Origin: Balanoglossus misakiensis
Taxonomy: Eukaryota; Animalia; Hemichordata
Reading direction: 5' to 3'
Assembly (NCBI GenBank): GCA_040954595.2
Contig: CM082587.2
Coordinates: forward strand, 1,765,000-1,828,999
Length of the DNA stretch: 64,000 bases
Position numbers and translations under genes: made by a program
Part shown: positions 1 through 10,431 of the stretch, one piece after another
Numbering within the stretch: position 1 is the stretch's first letter
Layout: each line of letters opens with the position of its first letter
The notes under the pieces: generated by a model
The model's input: only the letters and a program-made list of their open reading frames with translations
Told to the model about the DNA's origin: nothing
Databases searched by the model: none

Positions 1-733
1 GTCTGTACACGTTGCAATGCACGTAATCACCTGGGTGGTTATTTTATTGTGCAAATTTCTTATTAAGGTATTTACATTAATGCCTCCGGACGTGTGTGTG
101 TGTATCTATATATCTCTGTATCTATGTATGTATCAGCGTATGTATTTACCCATGAGTGTGTGTACATTATAAGCCCTACAATATACATTGAAGTTCTTCA
201 TTGAACGACTGGAAAAAAAACTTTGAAATCTTTAACCATGATAATCACGACTTACCGGCGATGTTCAATACAACATTTTGTGCAATTATTTTTATTAAGG
301 AAGTGATTTAAGTTCTGACTGGTAGGATATTGCCGTGATTTTCCTCTGAAATGTTTACAAGAATTTTTCCTGCTTCGGCCAATCTGTAAGACTACCCGCT
401 CGTCCTCTGCTGATATCACAGGAATATAGAGGGCGTATGTATACAGTTACAAACGTATGGAAATGGACTCCTTAGCCAGATATTGGATTGCTGATTTTAA
501 AAATATATAGGGAAATCCCCGTCTCATCAACGCTTAACTGGTGATGTCATAGCCCCGGGGTCACATAGTTCATACTGGTGGTTGTTATCACAGTTGGCGT
601 TCATTCATACACTGATAGCCACCGCAACGGTCCAAAGAGCAAGTTTCCGCCGACTGGGCATTAAACAAACCACGCGCAACGCACAGTCACTTTATTTTTT
701 AACGGGTTCATCTCAAGGCAAGGCGTCCGCGGA

Positions 734-3700
734 ATGGCAACCAAACGACTCGGTGAGGTTTTCGGCAAACAGGCTCTCAGCAGCCACTTACACTGCGACT
801 ATGTCGCTGACGTGCGCTGCGTCTCCGTCGATGGAAATACAGACTGGGCTGAGTTGGAGAAGGAAAACCCCTGGCTGGGAAGCGAAGTGAGTAGCCTTGT
901 TTTCTAACAATTCATTCAGCTGTGTATTTGTGGAAATTTTGACATTTTTCTTTTGCTCTTGTATATCTTCAGGTTGGTTTTACAGATAAATTCACAGTCA
1001 GACAAATAAGTTAATACATACATACAATGCACATGCACACATTCAGTAGTATGATAGACTGATCCGGGTCAGGCCTGGTTCCGGATGTTAAAACCCAAAC
1101 CAACAAAATCAGTGCCAGGATATAAAGGTCACATAGTGTCACGAAAGTAGCCTATTGGAATTACTGCTCATTTATACAAGGAATCTTGATTGACATACAG
1201 AGTGGAAATTTATTTTAATAACTTCGACAGAAGCATTTCCCGTGTCATTTTTTTTAGAATCTGGTTGTGAAACCGGATCAACTCATCAAGAGACGAAGCA
1301 AACATGGACTGGTTCATCTCAACAAAGACTTGAAATCCGTCAAAGAATGGATAGCCGACTACCAAAGCAAGGAAATCGAGGTCAGTGACAGTATGCAGTT
1401 TTACTTGTACTTTTTTAAATTACTGGAGTAGCTTTTCGTTTATGTAGAATTACATTGTGTAAATTTTGTTTTATTTTTCGGATATATTTGTCGGACACTT
1501 ATACTTATTATCCTTTCTGGAATGTTTAATCAATGTGGTTTAACTCGTATGAAAGTAAAATGCCTAATTAAACTAATGTTCTTGTGCAGGTGGACGGGGT
1601 CAAGGGTCGCGTACAAAAGTTCATAGTCGAACCGTATGTTCCGCACGACCAGAAAGATGAGTACTACGCCTGCGTGTACTCCACCAGAGAAAATGACGTC
1701 ATCATGTTCCACCACGAAGGAGGCGTGGATGTTGGAAACATTGACGAGAAGGTGAGTCAAGTGCGGTGTCTCTGAGAAGTCGACAGTTTGTGTGATTAAT
1801 ATACATGATATTAGTTTTCTAACATACTGTGCAGGAATTTTACTAAGTGACCCAGTCAGGCAAGAGCAAGCGAAAATGAATGCTCACAAGTGAGCGAATA
1901 CACCCCGAAGAGAAGTCCAATGAATATATGGACTGACATGGCCCCAGCTTATTGGCTGACCCGATTTTGTTTCAGGCGAATAAATTAGCTGTCAGCATAG
2001 ACGGTGATGTGAGCAAAGAGGAGATCAAGAAAGAACTGGTGAAAGGGGTTCCGCCGGAGAAAGAAGAGTAAGTCGAACAATCTTTCATTTTGGATGCAGT
2101 TGAGTTATTTTTCGGGAGAGCAGTGATACAGGGAAACGTCATTCGAAAAAATCGTGCTTTCCCGATGACAGATAATATGGTAATATCTCCCATGCAACAG
2201 GTGTTGGTCTTCGCGCAAGGAAGAAATTCTTTTGTTGTTTGTGGTCCAAGAAGACAAAAGGCATCGATTTCTCTGACACGAGTATACGTTTACCGGAGTC
2301 ACGTTTCTGTGCATTTCACTTGCCAAAATACAAAAAAGTAATAGCCCAACCTACGCGTAAACTATGTATTTTTTTACAACATAAAACTGGACAGCGATTA
2401 AAGCAACATCGATGTAATATCTTTTCCTGCAGAATGCTCGCTGATTTCCTGGATAGCCTCTTCAAAGTTTTCCGGGCGCAGTGCCTGACCTACGTGGAGT
2501 TGAACCCGCTGGGTAAGTCCGTCTATTAGTTGAGGCGCTCACACGCGCCTCCCTAAAATTAACCATTCCATGCATTGGGTAGTATGTTATCGCTTATGTT
2601 CGGCCAAATCACACATGACAAGTCACAGGCAGATAATGATGCATAAAATATATTCTCGTTCGTCTCTCACAGTGGTCACAGATAAAATCTATCTGGTCGA
2701 CGTGGCTGCTATGATGGACGTCCTTGCATTTTCATCAAAGCTTCAGGCGGTCGGCAAATCCATCGAGAAGACCAGGGTGAATTTCACCACACCATTTGGA
2801 CGTGAGCTGCTGCCTGAGGTAAATGAATTAAATTGCAAAGATGTGGTTATTCCTTACTTACCATTGGTTAAGTTCTATAATATCTACGTATTAATCCTAT
2901 TTATAATTGGTAAAAAATCAAAGATTAAATGCACGATAATTTTGTTCACAATTATAGGAAGTTCGAGTAGCCAAGCTAGATCAACAGGGACCCGGTGAAT
3001 TCAAACTGACGGTCCTGAATCCCAAAGGACGTGTTTGGATGATGGCCGGTGGTGGCGCTTCCTCCTTGTTTTTGTGGTGAGTCAAACCACAGTCACTCCA
3101 CACTGTGGTCAAACCAAATTATTCATCGCTCAAGAATCTTCAGATCGGAGATGATAGTACGGAATTGTAAGAATTTGTTTCAATCATTTATGCCCTCTGT
3201 GATTTGTTTCATTTACACAGTGATGCGGTGTGTGATGTTCTTGGTGCGGACCAGTTGGCCAATTATGGTCAGTTTTCCGGCAAAGCTGTCGGTGGAGAAC
3301 GATCGGAGTTTGCGCAGATAATAATCGACTTGATGACCAGGGAAAAAGTTGACGGAGGCAAACTGTTCTATGTTGCCTCGACCGTTGGTCCCGTTGGTAG
3401 CGGCAAGGGAAGTTCGGATGTTTTCGTGGTATGTAAATAAAGTCTAGCAAGCGTTTATATTACTCTTTAGTCGCTTATAGTCGCAGATATCCGCTAAACG
3501 ACATCTGAAAAAGGTCGAGCAACTGATCAACCAAATGAATTTTCTTGCAGGCAGTGGTAGACGTCTTGAAGGCAAACAAGGACAAATTGAAAGAGTACAA
3601 CATAACCATAGCTGTACAACAAGGCGTTGTCTCTAAGGATACAGGCAGAAAAGAGTCTTTACAAAAATTAGGTAAGCAAACGCCAAAATGTTCAGTGCAC

Positions 3701-6595
3701 TAACGATGTCTACCTATCAATATATGACCGATATCCTTTTCCTGTTACCGTTTTCCAGAAAACTTTCTAGGAATTCCAGTACACGCTTATGGTCCAGACA
3801 AGAGTTGCCAAGACATCTTGAGTGAAATATTTAAAATAGATCTTTCCACCGTCGCCAAAAAGACAAATGCCGTGAGTAAACCCTCGATTTTCAACTACCA
3901 ACATCATGTTGAATTTGACGAAATTACAAAGATTTCTATTCCTATCCTTTTATCTATTTTACCAAACATTTCATCTGTTACTTACTACAGAATGTCGAAA
4001 ACGGTGACGATGATTTTGACTATCTGACTTTGGCTGAGAAGAACTTTAAACCAGAACAAACACCCTTCACCAGTAACACTAAGGTAAGCTGTCGTTTTGA
4101 TCGTGTAGATATCGATCTGAACCTCACGATTGGCTTTTGTAATAATGTCATGTACCACTTGCATTCATTTGTGTAGGCACTATTTGCTGGAATTCCACGA
4201 CCCGTTGTACAGGACACCCTCGACGTCGATTTCATTGGATCAAGAACAACGCCATCAGTGGCAGCGTGGATACAACCTGACAGGTGACAAATTTTGGTTG
4301 GTTTGAAATCGGGAAAACATAAGCCAAAATATATATAACGTCATTCCAGAGGATTATATATGTTACCGGTGTTCCTTTGTCTTCTCTAAGTACTTATCTT
4401 TTTTTTTTCTTTTTAAACAGTGAAGAGACTGAGGCCAAATTCAGATGGGGTGATGGAGTCATTTCAATACCAGGTTAGTTGATTATCTTATCAGTAGAAA
4501 GACACGTCAGAAAATACTCTATATATCTCTGTTCGACGTCATCATAATGTTCTCGTCAGACACAACCGTAGAAATTGATCTCTTGTGTCAAAAACAGTCC
4601 TGATTGAACCACATTTTGAAACCATCGTTATGGGTCACGTGACTGCGGGTGTACGTTACTTTTGATTGACCAAATATTCGGTTTTTATTTCAGTTTACAA
4701 GAGGATTGACGAGGCGTCTGAAAATCACAGCGACGCTGATGTCCTGGTTTTGTTTGCACCGCCGCCATTGGCCTTCAAAGCCTCCATGTTTGCCCTCAAA
4801 CAACCAAAGGTAAATTAGCATATATTCTTGGCCAGTATGTATGTATGTATGGTGCAGCTTCGTTTATGATCTATTATATTCATTTAATCCAGATTATCAC
4901 TTCTTCCAGATTAAGACTATCATTCTGAATGTCGGTGGCATGTCAGAACTACAGAGCCGTCAACTTCTGAATCTTGCAAAGAAGAAAAACGTGACAATCA
5001 TAGGACCGGGATCGGTGAGTTCCCTTCCAAAAGCAACGATCTAGATTTGTAATAACAGTCCTATAATTGGACATGAATCACTATTACTGAATTTGGAAAC
5101 TGGCATAATGTTGGTCACTGGTCCGGACAGGCAGGTTTCCATAAATGACCAATGGCTGGTTGAAGCATAAAACACGTGACCACTTCATCATGTTTCTCTC
5201 TTTTTTACATTTACCCAGATTGACTAAATTTAAACTGTCTGATCATTACTTTATTTTCAGCTGAAACACCCGATGCAGGTTGGAGGCATTAAACCCGGAT
5301 GTTTCCAGTTTGGAAGAATGGGTGGGAATGCGGATAACGTGTTGGCCTGCAAGCTGTATCGCCCAGGCAGTGTGGCGTTGGTATCCAGAACAGGTGGTTT
5401 GTCTAATATTGTAATTCACACCATCGCACAACACACTGATGGAATCTATGAAGCCATTGCCGTCGGCGGGGGGAGGTAAGCTTTGTCTGGTATTATTTTC
5501 GTCCGTCTTGCTTTCCTGTCCTGTTTTACAGATGTGTTGCTTATGTTTTAGTCAGGTACATGGACACAGAGCACACCAGTGATTATGACTGTCTGGTTCC
5601 TCTTCCTGGTACCCGAAAATACACCTTCCAATTCTGCCACATAACAGCATAATTCCACTCTGACGTTATCTTTGTGACCCCCTTTACAGCTACACCGGTA
5701 CATCCATGGTCGGACATGTTCTGGGATACCAAAACAACCCCGATGTCAAACTTATTGTTGTTCTAGGCGAGGTATGTTCTCAAATCTCTAAAGAATGACT
5801 TTAACGTCAAAGAGTACGATTCTAAAGATTTAATTCTATATTCCAGTATCAATTGAAGCGACCCTTTCAATGAAGGTATTCTATCCACACACAGGTCGGA
5901 ACGGCAGAAGAACATGATGTTGCTGTGGCAATAAAGAAGGGCCTGATAACAAAACCTGTGGTGGCGTACTGCGTTGGAACTTGCGAGTCTGCTTTCAAAC
6001 AACAGGTACTGGTCCTCAACTTTCTTTAACTGTGACCAATTTCTGGAACTCTCATTAACGAACCTTACAAACAACCTGAGTATTGAGAACGTGTAGTCGT
6101 CTATGATTTTATTTCGACAATAGATCAGGTAATTCTACAGTAAATGTTTGACTGGTTGTGTTTTTCTTCCTCATTTAGCCTGTTCAATTCGGCCATGGTG
6201 GCCTCACAACCGTCGGTGTAGCTGAAACGGCCACTGGTAAAAACAAAGTCTTCAAAAATGTCGGAGCCATTGTACCAGAGTGTTACGATGACATTGGGAA
6301 ATGTTTGAGGTATGTACGAGCACATCCCGCGGATAGATGATTAAAACTTGCAAAATACGACTGCACAAATAACGGAAATATGTGAGGCCAAAAGCGTGCA
6401 GAATATCATACACTAGTTTAGCAGAAACCCGCTCACAACATTCTATAATCAGCATACTCACAAAGCTGACTTTTACAGACTCGGTATTAAAATGTTTTCT
6501 CCCACAGTACCGTATATCAAGAATTGTTGAGTAAAGGTATTGTTGCACCGAAACCCGAGATCCAACCTCCAAGTCTCCCCGCAAAGGACAAATAA
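734..6595 (+). CDS. Divergent ATP-citrate lyase paralog: fused CCS-beta/CCS-alpha (acyl-CoA synthetase) module only, no C-terminal citryl-CoA lyase domain; ~799-805 aa, 20 exons
   Basis: Hand-spliced GT-AG exons: 734-886, 1258-1380, 1590-1751, 1976-2067, 2433-2512, 2673-2818, 2958-3076, 3221-3428, 3551-3671, 3759-3871, 3991-4083, 4177-4283, 4421-4473, 4694-4809, 4910-5014, 5261(or 5279)-5475, 5690-5771, 5895-6005, 6179-6309, 6508-6595. All phases are compatible. ACLY motifs: [78 protein letters not shown]. Ends ...[15 protein letters not shown]. Confidence 0.93.
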
Positions 6596-6984
6596 TTGAA
6601 CTGCACGTTCAACTGTAAGAAGAAACGCAGCTCTAGATTACAGCGCCATACTTTCTGAGGCGAGTTGTGTCAAGTATTTGGATTTGCAGAAACTTTCACG
6701 TCATGCGCACGTGTTTTGCAGTGCCTTCATAATTTGGATGACGAACCAGAAAATACTTTAGAAACAACTGAGGATTTTATCGGGATTTTATTTATAACAT
6801 GACAGAAAAATTAACTGTTGGGAGTGAACTGCTGTAGATAAGAGTCTTGTGTAGAATGCCAGCCCTTATATACAGAAGAGATACATTTATATTGTAATGT
6901 AAATTTTATACTTTTTCGCAGTCAATGTTTGCAGAAAAGCGTTGAGTTAAAATGTCTTATAGCGAATAGAATTATGTTGATATG

Positions 6985-7119
6985 GAATGAATGAATGAAT
7001 GAGTGAGTGAATGAACGAATGAATGAACGAATGAATGAATGAATGAATGAATGAATGAATGAATGAATGAATGAATGAATGAATGAATGAATGAAGTGAG
7101 TAGGTGAGTGAGTGAGTGA
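6985..7119. repeat. (TGAA)n microsatellite with GTGA variants
   Basis: Direct tandem GAAT/TGAA units visible; these produce the spurious FIHS-repeat ORF 6972-7292. Confidence 0.97.
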
Positions 7120-7919
7120 AATCTTATCTCAATCAAGTTTGTTACAATTATTTTGAATATTTCCATAGTTTTTATATCTTGTCGCATTTCTGCGCTGTGG
7201 ATACAAATGTTGGTAAACAAGTCGAAATTATTGCGATATACGTTTATAATAATAAATAAATAAATAAACCAGTGTCCCATAACCACTTGCACTTAGGAAT
7301 TTCGCGTTTGCTACTAGATTAATCTAAAGAGGGTACAAACTGCCGTTTCCATGATAAGACATCGAGAAGTCTACATGTATTCTCGATTATTTCACACCAC
7401 ATTGCGATATTTCTACTAAATGTAATCACAGACATTCCAATCAAAACCATAACTTACACCTAAGCACATTTAGCGACCCCCTTCAGAATCAAGAAGCTGG
7501 CCAGTTCCCTAATATAAGACGAATATCGTGTCATTGCGGAAGATAAAGAGCTAAACATTCATCTGTGCAATGGTACCGCGAAGGGAATCCTGTATGACTT
7601 CAAAACGAGGCGGGGAATCCCTCTGTCGTCACGCATTTCCGGTTCATATATTTGTAGAAAAAACGACTTTATTCCTCGAAATTTAGTGTCTCTTAGGGTC
7701 TGTCTGTGGTCGCATATTATTATTTTAATCGAATGTTCATCCAATTTCGGAATAAAATGTCTTGGGAGGAGGAATTTCACTAAAAGAAATGCATGTACAA
7801 AAACGTAAGAGTAAAGATACAGCAAACAAGCGAACGAGGAGTCTGTGTACGTACATGGCGTCCTGAGAGCTGTCGGTTTCTACTTCGTTGCTGTGAAAAT
7901 TCGTGTTTGTTAATCAACC

Positions 7920-10431
7920 ATGGGGTTTCCAGCTGCTCTAACGGAAGAAGAAGAAATACTCAAGAGGAAGTATGCATTACTTCGGAAGAAGGTAATTCAA
8001 GGAGATAAATATTAGCATAATGATGTGTGGACTGTTGAGGATTTTGCCATCCTATGGCCCATTAAAGTCCACCTTTCATTCAGAGATTAACGTAATTGCA
8101 GCACATGTAATAGAGACTTTGACACCGTTAATGATACTACATACATCTAAGCTTGCACTCGTATCTTATTTTACAGAAGAAAGCATTGCAGCAAATGAAA
8201 CAGATAAAACGACAAGCTAGTACATCTACAGCATCGACACAGCAGAAGAGAAGTAAGTAAAGTAATTCACGATGGATTCTCCATATATGATATAATTTCA
8301 CAGTCTGTGAAATGACTCAGTTGGCATCTGAAGCTTTTGAAATGGCTTAATTGCTTAGCTGTGATGTAATGGCCATGGTTAGTGTGATGAGATAGACACC
8401 TTCTGTGGCAATTCCTAAGTTGGTCATGTTTTTCCTGTTGTCTGTTTCAGTGGCTGTAGAAGAAGTCAGTGAAGGAGCTAAGGTAGCTGCCAAGGAAGTG
8501 GCCAAAAAATTAGTCGCTACTGGCGTAAGTGTTTCAGTGGTTGGGTGCCATTTTCTATCTTGTATTATGTACCTGTTGTCGTTATTGTTGAAACATTGAT
8601 CCAAAGCATGTTTGTCTCCCATAGGATAAGTTCAAGTTCGCATCTAGTCAATATATTTGGCCTTTACCATCTTTGTATGATGCCATCCTTGTTGCAGGCC
8701 ATTAAGTTAGATCCGGACAGCAAAAGCTCTGGTTTCAAGAGATCCAAGAATCTTGAGCACAAGCTGAAAGATCCTGAGAAATCCCACAACACACTAAGTT
8801 TCCAGCCATTCAATCCAAGCCTGCCGAGTTCAGAAGATGGTACTCCGTCACCCAATAAAACCGTCAAACCACTCTATGAGAGGTATATAATGTATAATTT
8901 GTCCTTTTGGTCACCACACAAATCACATTGTTTCAGCTCTGTTGTTTGTAGTAGTACAGATAATCCATGTTCATGTACATGGGTTGACAGTAGCATTGGC
9001 ACAAGTTTTTGCATTGAGTATACTGGAACCAGTGCGAAGCTTCTAGCGACATTTCCAAGTTACAAAGTGTTTACACTTATACAATCTCCTTTAGTATGAA
9101 ACAAGTGAACAATGTGTAATTTAAAATTATTCTTTTTTCAATTTTCAGTTTCGTGAGCAGTGGAACAAGTGGTTCCTTATCAAGAGAATCCAGTAAGTTT
9201 GTTCATTTCCTCCCTGTTAGCTGTCTGACAATCTCTCTGCCTCTCTCTTTCTCCCTCCCCTTCTGTCTCGTAGAGAATACATGAATGATTTCTTGTCGGG
9301 CACAACAAGCAGTTTCCTCAATCCTTTTACTTTCTTCAAATTTTAGGACCAGGTGGCCACTATGATGACAGACGAGAGCGCAAGAAAGGAAACACAGTAT
9401 ATGTTCATGGCCATGGCATCACAGAGCAGATATGTCAACAAGCTTTCAGCAGAATTGGTAGAATTGTCAATATAAATATGGAACGAGACAGAAGGCAAGT
9501 TTCTCCATGTTTCATGTATGATATGCTAGGAGGGAACACAGTTCAGTTTTTCAGCTGTAACCCGTGTATCTATAGCAAATTGTATGTTTCTATGTGAACA
9601 AAGAATTTCTGTTGAAGTACGTGCATTAGATTTGCCCAGCCATTTGAATTTTCTATACTCTTTTAAATATGGCATCATGACCCCTCTCATGTATGTCAAA
9701 AATAGACCACAAGCCATGCAAATTGTCATTTGCTTTTAAATATGCCAAGCCCCGTGTCTTTATTTATACTTTCACTCTTTGAAAGCCACCTGATGTTCTA
9801 TTTCTAAGTAAAGCTTTCCAGTAATAGTAGTGCATTCAGTTGTATTTTTAGGTGTAGTGTTCAATCACTCAGAATAGAAGTAAAGTACTGTGTATGTCGA
9901 AGAGATGGATTTAAAAAAATAAAATCCAGAATTTAGCCAAGCCTTTTTTAGATCCTCTAGCCCCCTACATGTGCACATTGGTAACAAAAAAGATGACAAG
10001 GAGTTTTTATCTTTATTCCAATAGTTGTGGGTTTGTTACCTTTGAGAAAATGGAGATGGCAGACAAAGCTATCGATGAAGTCAGTGGTACCCTCGTGGCA
10101 AGTGTCTTGTTGAAAGTGTCCATGGCAAGACGACAGCCTATGTTAGAAAGTGCCACAGATAACTCCCCATGGGGCAGTGTAGGTAGGTATTGTGACATCA
10201 GCTTTACATGTGGAATCATACTGTGAGAATTTGGATGGAAGCACTGGGATGTGTGTAGAAAGTCAGTGATGCCTAAATGAAGCCAACAGTTTCACCATGT
10301 GTATTCTCATATTCATACACACAGTGCATTTATTAAAAATATGGCTGTTTATCATTACAGCTGCCGGGATCACCAAAAATTCCCACAGAGAAAAACGAGA
10401 AATGGTCGTGTACGATGAAGATGCATTTTAA
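7920..10431 (+). CDS. NELFE: Negative elongation factor E (NELF-E), 8 coding exons
   Basis: N-terminus MGFPAALTEEEEILKRKYALLRKKKKALQ; GFKRSKNLE and FQPF motifs; RRM (KGNTVYVHG...CGFVTFEKMEMADKAI...VSMARRQPML); C-terminus HREKREMVVYDEDAF*. Exons ~7920-7991, 8177-8252, 8451-8524, 8698-8882, 9149-9192, 9347-9494, 10025-10182, 10361-10431. Confidence 0.93.

Noticed and set aside
734-6595. Calling the gene canonical ACLY, or a pseudogene
   Set aside because: The lyase domain and citrate ligands are missing, so it is not canonical. There are no frameshifts or internal stops over 20 exons and the ATP and His motifs are kept, so it is not an evident pseudogene.
6972-7292. 106-aa ORF with FIHS repeats
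   Set aside because: Translation of the TGAA microsatellite; not a protein and not a CRISPR array (no spacers).
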